64,000 nt of DNA, from IMG/VR virus record IMGVR_UViG_2908416650_000002, positions 2,967-66,966 of that record; one strand, written 5' to 3'. Below are positions 36,043 through 46,482 of this stretch, piece after piece (positions within the stretch are counted from its first letter, which is position 1; each line of letters starts with the position of its first letter). A model generated the notes under the pieces. The model saw only the letters and a program-made list of their open reading frames with translations, was not told where the DNA came from and made no database searches. Both the position numbers and the translations under genes were made by a program. This DNA comes from a virus (Duplodnaviria > Caudoviricetes).

Positions 36043-36780
36043 GTGGCAGACGAAAACCAGATTGATCTTGAAGACCCGGCGGTTAAATCCGCGATCGCTG
36101 ATGCGGTGGAAGCGGCGACCCTGGGCCTCAAGAATAAAAACACCGAGCTGCTTGGCTCGCTCCGGACCACTAAAACAGAACTGGACGGCTTCAAGGGCCA
36201 GTTTGAAGGCCTGGACATCGCCGCCGTGAAAGGGCTGCTGACCAAGGTTGGCCAGGATGAAGAGACCAAGCTGATTGCCGAGGGCAAGCTGGACGAGGTC
36301 ATCACCCGCCGCACAGAACGCCTGCGCACCGACTACGACACCAAGCTGGCCGCCGAGAAAGCCCGTGCCGACAAGGCCGAGCAGTTCGCTGCCAAGTACA
36401 GCGACAAGGTCCTGGCCGATTCCATCCGCGCTGCTGCCATCAAGGCTGGCGCCCTCCCTGAGGCTGCCGAGGACATCATTCTGCGCGCCCGGGGCACTTT
36501 CAAACTCAGTGAAGACGGGGAGGCGATTGCCACCGACCGTGACGGCGAGGTCGTTTACGGGAAGGACGGGAAAACCCCGCTGTCACCGCTCGAGTGGGCG
36601 GAATCCCTACGTGAAACAGCAACACACCTGTGGCCAAGGGCTCAGGGTGCCGGGCAGACCGGCGACAACGGTGGCAAGGCCACGAAAAAGTGGGGTGAGT
36701 ACACGGAAACCGAGCGCGCTGCGATCGCCCGTGACAACCCCGAGCTCTTCAAGAAAATCCAGGCCACCAAAGGAACCTAA
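36043..36780 (+). CDS. Capsid scaffolding protein
   Basis: Helical, containing GLKNKNTELL, directly before the capsid gene. Confidence 0.8.
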   Translation: MADENQIDLEDPAVKSAIADAVEAATLGLKNKNTELLGSLRTTKTELDGFKGQFEGLDIAAVKGLLTKVGQDEETKLIAEGKLDEVITRRTERLRTDYDTKLAAEKARADKAEQFAAKYSDKVLADSIRAAAIKAGALPEAAEDIILRARGTFKLSEDGEAIATDRDGEVVYGKDGKTPLSPLEWAESLRETATHLWPRAQGAGQTGDNGGKATKKWGEYTETERAAIARDNPELFKKIQATKGT

Positions 36781-36783
36781 TCC

Positions 36784-37761
36784 ATGGCAACTACCCAACT
36801 GACCGACATCTTCGTCGGCGACTACTACGCCTCGCTGGCGCCGGTTAACAGCCCGGAAAAGACCGCTGTGTATGAGTCGGGCATTGTGACCCGCTCTCCT
36901 GTGCTTGACGCGATCGCCTCCGGCAGCCAGGGCACCGCCGAGATCAGCTACTGGCAAGATCTCAACGCTGATGAGGCGCCAAACATCAGCAACGATGACC
37001 CGAACGACCAGGGCGAAGTTGGCAAAGTCACCCAGGACAGCATGCGTGCCCGCGTCCTGTACCTCAACAAAGGCTACGGCGTAACCGACCTGACTGCTGA
37101 GCTGGCCAACACTGAGCCTCAGCAGCAAATCCGCAACCGCTTCGGCACCTACTGGACCCGCCAGTGGCAGCGTTACACCCTGGGCGCGGCTCGCGGCATC
37201 ATCGCCTCGAACATCGCGAACAACGGCGGTGACATGGTCATCGACGCGGGCGCGACCATCAGTGCGAATGCCTTCCAGGATGCTGCGTTCACCGCCGGCG
37301 ATGCCGCTGACCAGTTCGGCGCGATCGGCGTGCACTCCGTGGTGATGAACCAGATGGTCAAGCAGGACCTCATCGAGTACCTGCGCGACTCCGACGGCAA
37401 GATCATCCTGGCCACCTACCTCGGCAAGCCAGTCTTCATGGACGACGCCCTGGTGTATGGCGCTGGCAAGTACCTGTCCGTGTTCTTCGGCCAAGGCGCT
37501 TTCGGCTACGGCGAAGGAACTCCCAAGGTGCCGGTAGAGCTGGAGCGTAAGCCAGGCGGCGGTAACGGCGGTGGTGCCGAGGTGCTGTGGGAGCGGAAGA
37601 CCTACATCCTCCAGCCGGCTGGCTTCAGCTGGAAGGGTTCCGAGGCTCAGAACCTCAGCCCGACCGCCACTCAATACGCCGCTGCTGCGAACTGGCAGCG
37701 CGTGTTTAGCCGCAAGCAGGTTCCGTTCGCCGCGGTCATCAGCGGTACCACCACGCCGTAA
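36784..37761 (+). CDS. Major capsid protein
   Basis: 325 aa with strongly biased codons, in the expected position, ending NWQRV...KQVP. Confidence 0.9.
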   Translation: MATTQLTDIFVGDYYASLAPVNSPEKTAVYESGIVTRSPVLDAIASGSQGTAEISYWQDLNADEAPNISNDDPNDQGEVGKVTQDSMRARVLYLNKGYGVTDLTAELANTEPQQQIRNRFGTYWTRQWQRYTLGAARGIIASNIANNGGDMVIDAGATISANAFQDAAFTAGDAADQFGAIGVHSVVMNQMVKQDLIEYLRDSDGKIILATYLGKPVFMDDALVYGAGKYLSVFFGQGAFGYGEGTPKVPVELERKPGGGNGGGAEVLWERKTYILQPAGFSWKGSEAQNLSPTATQYAAAANWQRVFSRKQVPFAAVISGTTTP

Positions 37762-37817
37762 TCCGGCCCACACAACCTGGCGCTTTTATGGGCGCTGGGA
37801 TGCTTTTGAGGTGACTT

Positions 37818-38123
37818 ATGAAAGTGATCTACACGGACAAGCCGGGCAAAGAGCGCGGCGTGTGCTACCGCCTACTGAGCGAATTCTTCGGTGTCATCGG
37901 TTCCGCCACTGAGGTGGTCGTCGATGGCGATGCGCCGGATATCTTCGATGCTTACCAGGCCGCCGGCATCAAGGTTTCCGACGGCAAGGAGCAGGAAACC
38001 CCTGAAACCGACCCTCTCAAAATGAAGGTCCCCGAGCTGAAAGAGTGGCTGACCGCGAAGGGCATTACCTTCGACGCGACCGCCAAGAAAGAAGACCTGC
38101 AGGCCTTGGTGCCAGCGGAATAA
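37818..38123 (+). CDS. HeH/LEM-domain head accessory protein
   Basis: MKVPELKEWLTAKGITF.ATAKKEDL motif. Confidence 0.75.
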   Translation: MKVIYTDKPGKERGVCYRLLSEFFGVIGSATEVVVDGDAPDIFDAYQAAGIKVSDGKEQETPETDPLKMKVPELKEWLTAKGITFDATAKKEDLQALVPAE

Positions 38124-38133
38124 GGACAAGCAC

Positions 38134-38511
38134 ATGACCGACTTCATCACCGTTGCCGATGTTGATGCCTCGCTGGGTCCTGACTGGGCTGGCACCGGTG
38201 ATCCGGTCCTTGCTGTGACCATGGCCAATGCCTGGCTCACGGCCAAGATTAAGCGGGCCGTTCCCGATCCGGTCCCGGCCGAGATTAAAACAGCCGGCGC
38301 CCAGGTTGCCAAAGAGGCGGCGGCGGGCAAGTTGTACACGGCCACGCAGAAGGAAGTGCAGAGCAAGACGGTCTCGGCTCAGTCCGGCACATCGGTGAGC
38401 AAGACCTACGTGGCGGGCTCTACCGATCAGTCGGCGGGCGTGAACTTCGCCCTGGCCTTACTGGAGCCGTGGATCAAGCGCTCCGGCGTGATGATGCTGA
38501 AAAGGATCTGA
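38134..38511 (+). CDS. Head-tail adaptor/connector
   Basis: Expected position, beginning FITVADVD. Confidence 0.7.
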   Translation: MTDFITVADVDASLGPDWAGTGDPVLAVTMANAWLTAKIKRAVPDPVPAEIKTAGAQVAKEAAAGKLYTATQKEVQSKTVSAQSGTSVSKTYVAGSTDQSAGVNFALALLEPWIKRSGVMMLKRI

Positions 38512-38513
38512 TC

Positions 38514-38906
38514 ATGGGAATGTGCGAAGAGATCCAGGCCGAGCTGGCTGAAGCGTTCGACGATCCTGATGGCCTGGCCGACGCGGTGAAACCGGTGACA
38601 GGCGTGCGCAAGGTCGCGGGCGAGTACGATCCAGACTGGGGTGGCGAAACGCCGGAGACCACCGTGACGTACTCGGGGCGCGGCGTTCTTGGCAGCTACT
38701 TGTCCAAGGAAATCGACGGCTCTCTGATCCAGACGACCGACAAGAAGCTGCTTGTGCTGCAAAACGAGCTGTTCGTGTCAGAGGGCGGCGTGCCAACGGC
38801 TGTGCCGGCTGCCCCGGCTATTGGCGATATCGTCAACGGGTTGCGGGTGATGAATTTGTCCGCCGACCCGGCTGATGCGACGTGGACGGCGCAACTGAGG
38901 AAATGA
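38514..38906 (+). CDS. Head closure protein
   Basis: Expected position, with GEYDP..G and IDGSLIQ..D motifs. Confidence 0.7.
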   Translation: MGMCEEIQAELAEAFDDPDGLADAVKPVTGVRKVAGEYDPDWGGETPETTVTYSGRGVLGSYLSKEIDGSLIQTTDKKLLVLQNELFVSEGGVPTAVPAAPAIGDIVNGLRVMNLSADPADATWTAQLRK

Positions 38907-38907
38907 C

Positions 38908-39492
38908 ATGGCGACTCAATCCGGCAGCTTCGCCCTGAGCCTGGCCGAGTTCGCCGCCCAGACTAGCGAAGCCATCGATGCCAGCGTGCGTGAAATCATC
39001 ATCGAGGTCGGAAGCAGCCTGATCCGCATGTCTCCCGTGGGTAACCCGGAGATTTGGGCGCAGAACGCAGTGGCCACCCAGTACAACAAGGCCGTCGACG
39101 ATCACAACAGCGCGCTGCGTAGTGACCCGGCCAACCTCACGAAGGGCGGCAGGCTCAAGAAGGGCCGCAAGCTCAACGACGGCATGGACATTAAGGCGCC
39201 TGAAGGCTACGTCGGCGGCCGGTTCCGTGCGAACTGGCACATATCACTCGGCGTGGTCGAGAGCGTCACGTTCGACGAGGTCGACCCGAGCGGTACCGAG
39301 ACAGTGGCTGCCCTGGTCGCCGCAATGAGCGACTTCACCGCCGGCCAGATCGCCTACATCATCAATAACTTGCCCTACGCGATCCCGCTGGAGTTCGGCC
39401 ATTCCACTCAGGCCCCCGGCGGCATGGTCCGGGTAACTGTGGCTCGCTTCCAGCAGATCGTGCTGGAGGCCATCAGGAACAACCAGGTATGA
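38908..39492 (+). CDS. HK97 gp10-like tail completion protein
   Basis: SPV...GRFRANW...NNLPYA..LEFGHS.QAP.GMV motif. Confidence 0.85.
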   Translation: MATQSGSFALSLAEFAAQTSEAIDASVREIIIEVGSSLIRMSPVGNPEIWAQNAVATQYNKAVDDHNSALRSDPANLTKGGRLKKGRKLNDGMDIKAPEGYVGGRFRANWHISLGVVESVTFDEVDPSGTETVAALVAAMSDFTAGQIAYIINNLPYAIPLEFGHSTQAPGGMVRVTVARFQQIVLEAIRNNQV

Positions 39493-39917
39493 GTCACGCA
39501 CGCGCCCGTCAGGCCATCGAAAACAAGCTGGCCGCATGGGCGGCTGCGCGCCCGATACGAGTGGCCTATTCGAACCAACCGTTTACACCGAATTCTTCTG
39601 AAACTTATCTGCGGGCTTTCCAGCTTCCGGCCGGCACCACATGCCGCTATCTCGGCGGGGAGGCCTACGAGTACTCAGGTGTTTACCAGATCAGCATCGT
39701 CTGCCCCTCTGCGCAGGCTATGGCAACCGCCGAGACACTCATTGACGAACTGACACGGCTATTTCGCGTCGACACGCCGCTGGCCCGCAACGGGTTCGAG
39801 GGTTTGATCACGGAGCCGGTAGATCAGGGGCCAACTATCACCGAGTCGGCGACCTACACGGTCCCGGCCAGCTTCACCTATCTGGGTGTCGCAGACCAAC
39901 TGCCCGCTGGGGCATAA
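39489..39917 (+). CDS. Tail terminator protein
   Basis: Located before the tail tube gene, containing GVYQISI. Confidence 0.75.
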   Translation: MSHARARQAIENKLAAWAAARPIRVAYSNQPFTPNSSETYLRAFQLPAGTTCRYLGGEAYEYSGVYQISIVCPSAQAMATAETLIDELTRLFRVDTPLARNGFEGLITEPVDQGPTITESATYTVPASFTYLGVADQLPAGA

Positions 39918-39956
39918 CCTACCGCCGTCAGGCGGGCACTCAAGAGGAAATACACC

Positions 39957-40616
39957 ATGGCCGCACGCTTCCCGCTGCCGAACGGCGCTGTGCTGGAGAT
40001 CGCCAGCGTTTTGGGATCTGTCGTACCGTTCACTGCCCTGACAAATGCCAAGCCGCCAGTCGCCGCATCTGTAGGTCACACCATCGAAAACGGCGATGTC
40101 CTGCTGATCAATTCCGGCTGGGCCTTGATCAATGACCGCGCAGTAAAGGCATCTGGCATCACCGCCGATGCTTTTTCTCTGGCCGGGCTGAATACTACGA
40201 ATGCCGACAAGTACACAGCCGGTGCTGGGGCTGGCTCGGTGATCCCTGTGTCCGGTTGGACGCAGATCTCGAAGGTCACATCCTTCACATCCTCCGGCGG
40301 CGAGCAGCAGTATCAAACTGTCGGCTACCTTGAGGATGACGACGACAAGCAGTTTCCAACCAATCGCAACCCCACCACGATCACCATTGTGGTAGAGGAC
40401 CAGCCAACTGCCCAATACGTAGAAACCGTTGAAGGATATGACGATACCAAGGAGCTGGCGGTGGTCCGGATGAAGCTGCGTAACGGCGATCAGATCCTCT
40501 ACCCGGGTTACGTGAGCATCACTCCGGACCCGACCATGGAGCGCAACAACGTGATGACGCGCACCATCAGCATCGGGCTTTCTGCTCGTTCGCTCCGATA
40601 CCTGGCTGGCGCATAA
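39957..40616 (+). CDS. Major tail tube protein
   Basis: LPNG...SGGEQQY...LEDD motif. Confidence 0.85.
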   Translation: MAARFPLPNGAVLEIASVLGSVVPFTALTNAKPPVAASVGHTIENGDVLLINSGWALINDRAVKASGITADAFSLAGLNTTNADKYTAGAGAGSVIPVSGWTQISKVTSFTSSGGEQQYQTVGYLEDDDDKQFPTNRNPTTITIVVEDQPTAQYVETVEGYDDTKELAVVRMKLRNGDQILYPGYVSITPDPTMERNNVMTRTISIGLSARSLRYLAGA

Positions 40617-40625
40617 GGGGTCCCC

Positions 40626-41006
40626 ATGGCAAAGATTAGGATCGCTCAGAACCCGACATTCAAGGCGCTCGTACTGATTCCAATTGTTGGGGAGGAGCCC
40701 GAGAAAATCGAGTTCACCTTCAAGTATCGGGATCGCCCGGGGCTTGCCGCTCTGTTCGATGATTGGAGCGCAAAGGGAAAGGAGATGCGCGCCAGTTTTG
40801 GTAACGACACCACATTGTCCGATGTCGTTGCGGCGGAGACCGAACTTCAAGTGCAGCAGATCAAGGATCTGGTCGTTGGCTGGGGCTTCGATGACAAATT
40901 CGACGACAAGAGCATTCAGGCACTTGTTAAGTCCTGTCATGGCACCGCCGAAGCAGTCGTGTGCGCTTATCAGAGTGCGTTCAGCCAGGCCCGGCTGGGA
41001 AACTGA
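40626..41006 (+). CDS. Tail assembly chaperone (gpG-like)
   Basis: NPTFKA.V.IP...ARLGN, ending at a slippery site. Confidence 0.88.
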   Translation: MAKIRIAQNPTFKALVLIPIVGEEPEKIEFTFKYRDRPGLAALFDDWSAKGKEMRASFGNDTTLSDVVAAETELQVQQIKDLVVGWGFDDKFDDKSIQALVKSCHGTAEAVVCAYQSAFSQARLGN

Positions 41007-41329
41007 TAGCGGCAGCCAAAGCAATGTACGAAAGCGGCCCTTCTGCTGAGCAGTTGGGTGTTCTCGGGCTGACGGCTGCCGATCTTGACGATGAGGATGT
41101 CGAGGTCTGGCCATGCAACTGGCCGCCACTCCGCCTGTTCAGCAGCATGCGCACACAGTGGCGAGCGGGCGCTAACGGCGCAATCGGCCTCGACTACAGC
41201 AGCATCCGCGACGTGGCCGGCTTCCTCGGCATCAAGAAAAAGAAACTCGCTGAAATCTTCCCTGACCTTCAGGTGCTGGAAGGCGAAGCCCTGCGCGTCA
41301 TGGCGGAGGAAAGGGAAAACAGCCCGTAA
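40997..41329 (+). CDS. gpT-like -1 frameshift extension (DUF1799-like)
   Basis: G GGA AAC slippery heptamer at 40997..41003. The -1 frame is open to 41329 (VWPCNW...TQWR...GLDY). Confidence 0.85.
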   Translation, partial: GKLIAAAKAMYESGPSAEQLGVLGLTAADLDDEDVEVWPCNWPPLRLFSSMRTQWRAGANGAIGLDYSSIRDVAGFLGIKKKKLAEIFPDLQVLEGEALRVMAEERENSP

Positions 41330-41356
41330 CCACGGGCACTTATTCAAGGTGAGTCG

Positions 41357-44300
41357 ATGAACATTGCAGAACTCGGCGTCAAGATCGACTCGGCCGATGC
41401 AATCCAGGCAAAAACGAGCCTGGATGAGATGGCGAAGGCCGGTGGCCGGGCCGAGCAATCCGCTGCCAGCCTGATGAACGAAATGCAGGCCCTGGAAAAG
41501 TCGCTGTCTACCAGCGCCAAAACCACGCAGGATCTAGCGAAGCAGCGTGACGCACTCACCAAGCTGACCAAGACCGGCGCCTATGGCGAGGCCGAGGCCG
41601 CGAAGATCTCGGCGCAGCTCGATAAGCAGCAGATCGCGCTGGCCAAGTCCGCGATGGATGAGCAGAAGGCTCTCAACAGCCTGTTGGGGGCGATTGACCC
41701 GGCCCGTGGCGCGCTGGCCAAGCTGGACACGCAGGTCGAGCAACTGGGCATACACCTGGACGCCGGCCGCATCAGCCAGGATGAGTACAACACTGCCCTG
41801 AGCAAGATCGACAAGGACTATGCCAAGCTCGAAAAGACCACCACCGGCTTCGACAAGCTGCGCCTAGGCACCCGCCAGGCGCAGGAAAACGTCGTGCAGC
41901 TGGGCAATGCGCTTTCCTCGGGCGACTGGGGGAGTGGTGTGCGTGCGGTTGCGCAACTGGGCGCCGGGGCTGGGGCAGGCGCTGCTGGGCTGCTTGCCAT
42001 TCTGGGGCCGCTGGCCCTGGCCACCGCAGCCGTGGGCGGCCTGGCAGTTGCCTACTACAAGGGCAGCGAAGAGCAGGACAAATACAACAAGTCGCTGATC
42101 CTCACCGGCAACTACGCGGGAGTGAGCGCTGGCCAACTGGGGGATATGGCGCGCCAGGTAAGCGCAACGGTGGGCACGACCGGCCAGGCCGCCGCAGTGT
42201 TGGCGCTGCTCGCTGACAACGGCAAGATCGCCGGGGACAGCTTCACCGGCATCACCCAGGCCGCCGTGTCGATGCAGGAAGCCACCGGCAAGGCCGTGAG
42301 CGAGACGGTCACCGAATTCTCCAAGCTGGCAGACGACCCGGTAAAGGCCTCTGCTGCGCTGAACGAGCAGTACCACTATCTGACTGCCTCGGTTTACTCG
42401 CAGATTGCCGCACTGGAGCAGCAGGGCGATCACGCCGGCGCTGTGAAGCTGGCTACCGATTCGTACGCCGATGCAATCAACGAGCGCACCCCCAAGATTC
42501 TGGAAAACCTGAGCTTCTGGGAGCGGGCGTATAACGCAGTTGCCAAGGCGGCAGATGGACTGAAAAACGCCGGACGTCGGGACATTAATTCGGACATTGA
42601 GGACGCGAAGGCCGGATTGCTCGAAGCCCAGAATATGGATGGGTTGTTTCAAAATCAAAAGTCAAAGGATGCCCTGATCGAGTTCCGGCAGAACCGCCTG
42701 AACATGCTTGAGGACGAAAAGGCTGCCCAGGCCGATATCGCCAAGTGGGAAGGCGAGCAGGCGAAGGCGCAGGGCGATGCCGTTTCGTCGATGGCCAAGA
42801 TCGATGCCCTGACCAAGTCGTCGTGGACGAACGAGCAAAAGCGCACTGAGGCGATCAAGGAATATAGGCGGCAACTCGACGATATCCGCAAGGTTGACCC
42901 GAAGGACTCGCGGCTCGATCAGTCGGCGATCGACAAGAATATTTCCAATATCAACGATAAGTTCAAAGACCCGAAAACAGCCGGCACTCAGGTTGACCTG
43001 ACGGGCTTCAATGATGCCAAGAACAACCTGGCAGCGATCGTTGATGAGTACAAAAACACCCAGAAGCGACTGGACGCCGCGGAGAAGGCCGGGCTCATTT
43101 CTCAGGCCGATTACGCGCTGAAGCGTGAAGCCCTGATCGGCAACCAGCGCGACGAGGTGACAGCAGCCTATGAGGCCGAGATTGCCGCGCTGGAGGCGGT
43201 CAAAGGCAAGAAGTCCACGACTGCTGCCCAGAGCATCCAGCTGGACCAGAAGATCGCTGACGCGCGCGCAGGGATGGTCAAGGCGCAGAAGGAGGCGGAC
43301 AGCCAGCTGGAAGTGTTGGCTACCAACGAGACCGGGCGTCTGGCCAAGCAGGAGCGGTCAATCACCACCTACGTGCAGGCCCTGGCTCAGCAGCAACGAG
43401 CCCTGGAACTTGCCGGCCAACGCGCAGTACTCGGCGTTGGCCAGGGGGACCGCCAGAACGCACTCAACGGCGAACTGAACAGCCAGCAAGACCGGTTTGC
43501 TCAGCAGTCGCTGGAGTTGGCCAACCAGAAATCCGACCCGTCGCGCAACATGTCGGAGGAGGAGTTCAAGCGAAAATCCCAGGCGCTAGCAGATGCGAAC
43601 AAGGCCGCCACTGACCAGATCCGGCAGAACTATGCGGATGTGGAGAGCGCCCAGGGCGACTGGACGAAGGGCGCGACGTCGGCCTGGGCCAACTACCTGG
43701 ATTCGGCGAAGAACATTGCCGGCCAGACCAAAAGCCTGTTCGGCAACGCCTTCAGCAGCATGGAGGACGCGGCCGTCAACTTTGCAATGACCGGCAAGGC
43801 ATCGTTTTCGGACTTCGCCAAGTCGATCCTTGCGGACATGGCGCGCATTGCCACTCGACAAGCGAGCTCACAGTTACTCAGCAGCTTGTTTGGCGCAGGT
43901 CTGAGCTATTTCGGCGGCAGCGGCTCTGGCGGGGCAAGTCAGGCCGGGTACACCGGTACCGACCTTTCAAACTTCACCCCGGGCAGCATTCAGGCCAAGG
44001 GTGGCGCCTGGTCGGGCGGTGTGCAGATGTTCGCCGACGGCGGTGCCTTCACCAACACAATCGTCAGCAAACCAACTGCGTTCGGCATGGCCGGGGGCAA
44101 GACAGGGGTCATGGGCGAGGCGGGCGAAGAGGCAATCATGCCGCTCACTCGCACAGCCAACGGCAAGCTGGGCGTTTCTGCGGTTGGAGGCGGCGGTGGC
44201 GGGGTAAACCTTAGCCTCAGCATGCCGATCATCCTGACGGACCAGGAGGCCGGCCGCCCGGACGGTGCCGAGTTCGACGCCGAAATGTTCCAGCGCAACA

Positions 44301-44389
44301 TGGAGTCGCGTACCCGGCAAATCGCAACAGAAGAGATCGCCAAGTCTTGGCGTCAGGGCGGCGTGAGCAGCCGAAACGTAAAAGGATGA
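41357..44389 (+). CDS. Tape measure protein (lambda H family)
   Basis: 1010-aa Ala-rich protein with LILTGNYAG, DDPVKAS and MGEAGEEAIMPL motifs. Confidence 0.95.
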   Translation: MNIAELGVKIDSADAIQAKTSLDEMAKAGGRAEQSAASLMNEMQALEKSLSTSAKTTQDLAKQRDALTKLTKTGAYGEAEAAKISAQLDKQQIALAKSAMDEQKALNSLLGAIDPARGALAKLDTQVEQLGIHLDAGRISQDEYNTALSKIDKDYAKLEKTTTGFDKLRLGTRQAQENVVQLGNALSSGDWGSGVRAVAQLGAGAGAGAAGLLAILGPLALATAAVGGLAVAYYKGSEEQDKYNKSLILTGNYAGVSAGQLGDMARQVSATVGTTGQAAAVLALLADNGKIAGDSFTGITQAAVSMQEATGKAVSETVTEFSKLADDPVKASAALNEQYHYLTASVYSQIAALEQQGDHAGAVKLATDSYADAINERTPKILENLSFWERAYNAVAKAADGLKNAGRRDINSDIEDAKAGLLEAQNMDGLFQNQKSKDALIEFRQNRLNMLEDEKAAQADIAKWEGEQAKAQGDAVSSMAKIDALTKSSWTNEQKRTEAIKEYRRQLDDIRKVDPKDSRLDQSAIDKNISNINDKFKDPKTAGTQVDLTGFNDAKNNLAAIVDEYKNTQKRLDAAEKAGLISQADYALKREALIGNQRDEVTAAYEAEIAALEAVKGKKSTTAAQSIQLDQKIADARAGMVKAQKEADSQLEVLATNETGRLAKQERSITTYVQALAQQQRALELAGQRAVLGVGQGDRQNALNGELNSQQDRFAQQSLELANQKSDPSRNMSEEEFKRKSQALADANKAATDQIRQNYADVESAQGDWTKGATSAWANYLDSAKNIAGQTKSLFGNAFSSMEDAAVNFAMTGKASFSDFAKSILADMARIATRQASSQLLSSLFGAGLSYFGGSGSGGASQAGYTGTDLSNFTPGSIQAKGGAWSGGVQMFADGGAFTNTIVSKPTAFGMAGGKTGVMGEAGEEAIMPLTRTANGKLGVSAVGGGGGGVNLSLSMPIILTDQEAGRPDGAEFDAEMFQRNMESRTRQIATEEIAKSWRQGGVSSRNVKG

Positions 44390-44392
44390 TTT

Positions 44393-44731
44393 ATGGCAAT
44401 CGAGCGATTCACCTGGGCCACTGAAAAGGGCGTCGAGGGCGATATCAAACAGCGTGTGCGCACGAAGCAGTTTGCCGATGGCTACGCGCAGTCGACCGAG
44501 GACGGGATCAATAACAAATCCCAGTCCTGGCCAGTCACCTTCACCGGCATGAAGGGCCGGATCAAGGACATCATGGACTTCATCGACCGGCATAAGGGCG
44601 CAAAGGGCTTCCTCTGGGAGCCGCCCCTTGGCGATCTCGGTCTCTACAAGTGCAACGGCTACAAGCCAGTGCACCGCGGCGGCCAGGTCTACGCGATCAC
44701 CGCGACCTTTGAACAAACCTTTCACCCCTGA
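44393..44731 (+). CDS. Minor tail protein M-like
   Basis: FADGYAQ..DGIN...F.W.PP motif. Confidence 0.9.
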   Translation: MAIERFTWATEKGVEGDIKQRVRTKQFADGYAQSTEDGINNKSQSWPVTFTGMKGRIKDIMDFIDRHKGAKGFLWEPPLGDLGLYKCNGYKPVHRGGQVYAITATFEQTFHP

Positions 44732-44742
44732 GATAACCCTCC

Positions 44743-45495
44743 ATGGCACTGATCACGGACATCCAGAAACTGGAGCCCGGCGCCGAAATTCGCCTGTTTG
44801 AAATTGACGGGACCGAATACGGCGCGGATTACCTGCGCTTCCACGGTCACGCCATCCCTCACACGCCCGAGGAGCTGCTGGCCTATGAGCATTCGGAGGA
44901 GGACCTGCCGGCCAGGTCAATTTGGTGGCAGGGCGCTGAGTACGCGGCATGGCCAGTGCAGATTGAGGGTATCCGGTCCAATAGCGACGGCACGGCCACC
45001 AGGCCGACGTTCGCCGCCGGCAACATCAACGGGCGCGTCACTGCGTTGTGCCTGGCCTTCGAGGACATGCTGAAGTTCAAGCTGACTGTTCGCGAGACCC
45101 TGGCCCAGTACTTGGACGCGGCCAACTTTCCCGAAGGCAACCCGACTGCTGACCCGACTCAGGAAGGGCTGGAGATCTGGTACATCGACCAGAAAACCAG
45201 CGAGGACGGTGAAGCGGTGGTCTGGGAGTTGTCGTCCCCGGGCGAGATCGATAACCACGGTCTGCCCGGGCGCCAGATGACGACCTTCTGCCACTGGGCC
45301 ATGACCAATGGTTACCGGGGGCCGGACTGCGGCTACACCGGTGCGGCCATGTTCGATGATGAGGACAACCCCACGGATGACCCGGCCAAGGATCAGTGCA
45401 AGGGTTGCCTGTCGTCCTGCAAGTTGCGCTTCGGCGAGAACAACGAACTTTCCTTCGGCGGATTCCCTGCCGTGTCCCTGATAGCCAGGAGCTGA
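44743..45495 (+). CDS. Minor tail protein L
   Basis: YRGPDCGY...D.C...LSSCKLRF...FGGFP motif. Confidence 0.93.
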   Translation: MALITDIQKLEPGAEIRLFEIDGTEYGADYLRFHGHAIPHTPEELLAYEHSEEDLPARSIWWQGAEYAAWPVQIEGIRSNSDGTATRPTFAAGNINGRVTALCLAFEDMLKFKLTVRETLAQYLDAANFPEGNPTADPTQEGLEIWYIDQKTSEDGEAVVWELSSPGEIDNHGLPGRQMTTFCHWAMTNGYRGPDCGYTGAAMFDDEDNPTDDPAKDQCKGCLSSCKLRFGENNELSFGGFPAVSLIARS

Positions 45496-45497
45496 CC

Positions 45498-46262
45498 ATG
45501 CGCAAGCACATCATTGCGGCGATCCAGGCGCATGCGGCAGAGGAGTATCCGCGCGAGTGCTGCGGCCTGCTGCTGGCCGTAGGGCGGGCGCAGAAGTACT
45601 TCCCGTGCCGGAACATCGCCACTGAGCCGAACGAAGAGTTCCGACTTGATCCTGAGGACTACGCTGCGGCGGAAGACCTAGGCGAGGTGATCGGCATTGT
45701 CCATTCGCACCCGGACGCAACTAGCAGACCTTCACCTCATGACCTGGCCATGTGCGAAGCCACTGCTTTGCCCTGGCACATTCTGTCGTGGCCCGAGGGG
45801 GATTTGCGGACGATCACGCCAACGGGCCGCACGCCACTGCTCAAGCGGCCGTTTGTACATGGCGCCTGGGACTGCTGGCAGGTTTGCGCTGATTGGTACC
45901 AGCGCGAATGGGGGATCGAGTTCGAGGCCTTCCAGCGCACTGATGGCTGGTGGGAGAGCGCGGAGAACATGAGCCTGTACGAGCAACATTCCAAGGCCGC
46001 TGGCTTTGTTCGCGTCGACCGGCCGCAGCGCGGTGATCTTGTCGTCATGCACGTCGGGCGGACGGTTCATCCGAACCACGCCGGGATTTACCTGGGTACC
46101 GATCCGGAACTGCCCGGCGAAGAGTCAGGCACATTCGGCCCCGGGCCATTCCTGTTGCACCACCTGTACGGCAGGCCGTCCGAGATCATCGTCTACGGCG
46201 GCCCCTGGCATGACAGAACACGCCTGATCCTCAGGCACAAAGACGCAAAACAACCTACATGA
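45498..46262 (+). CDS. Tail tip protein K (JAB plus NlpC/P60)
   Basis: YPRECCG, VHSHPD and DC...NHAGIY motifs. Confidence 0.93.
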   Translation: MRKHIIAAIQAHAAEEYPRECCGLLLAVGRAQKYFPCRNIATEPNEEFRLDPEDYAAAEDLGEVIGIVHSHPDATSRPSPHDLAMCEATALPWHILSWPEGDLRTITPTGRTPLLKRPFVHGAWDCWQVCADWYQREWGIEFEAFQRTDGWWESAENMSLYEQHSKAAGFVRVDRPQRGDLVVMHVGRTVHPNHAGIYLGTDPELPGEESGTFGPGPFLLHHLYGRPSEIIVYGGPWHDRTRLILRHKDAKQPT

Positions 46263-46287
46263 CGCGGCGTGGCCGCAGGAGCGAGGT

Positions 46288-46482
46288 ATGCAAACAGATA
46301 GGCCGGCTCCGTCGCATTTGCCCTTGCGAGCAGAAGACATCCCGGTTTCACCCTCGATGGTTGAAGCCGGGCTGGCGGTCCTTGAGGAGACCGATGATCG
46401 GCCGCTCTCACGATTTACGGTCGAAAGAGCTTTTCAGGCGATGTACCTGTGCGGATTTCTAGAATCTGTGCGCGCGTCGTAA
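46288..46482 (+). CDS. Small hypothetical protein
   Basis: GAGG RBS. It overlaps the 3' end of the convergent moron. Confidence 0.4.
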   Translation: MQTDRPAPSHLPLRAEDIPVSPSMVEAGLAVLEETDDRPLSRFTVERAFQAMYLCGFLESVRAS

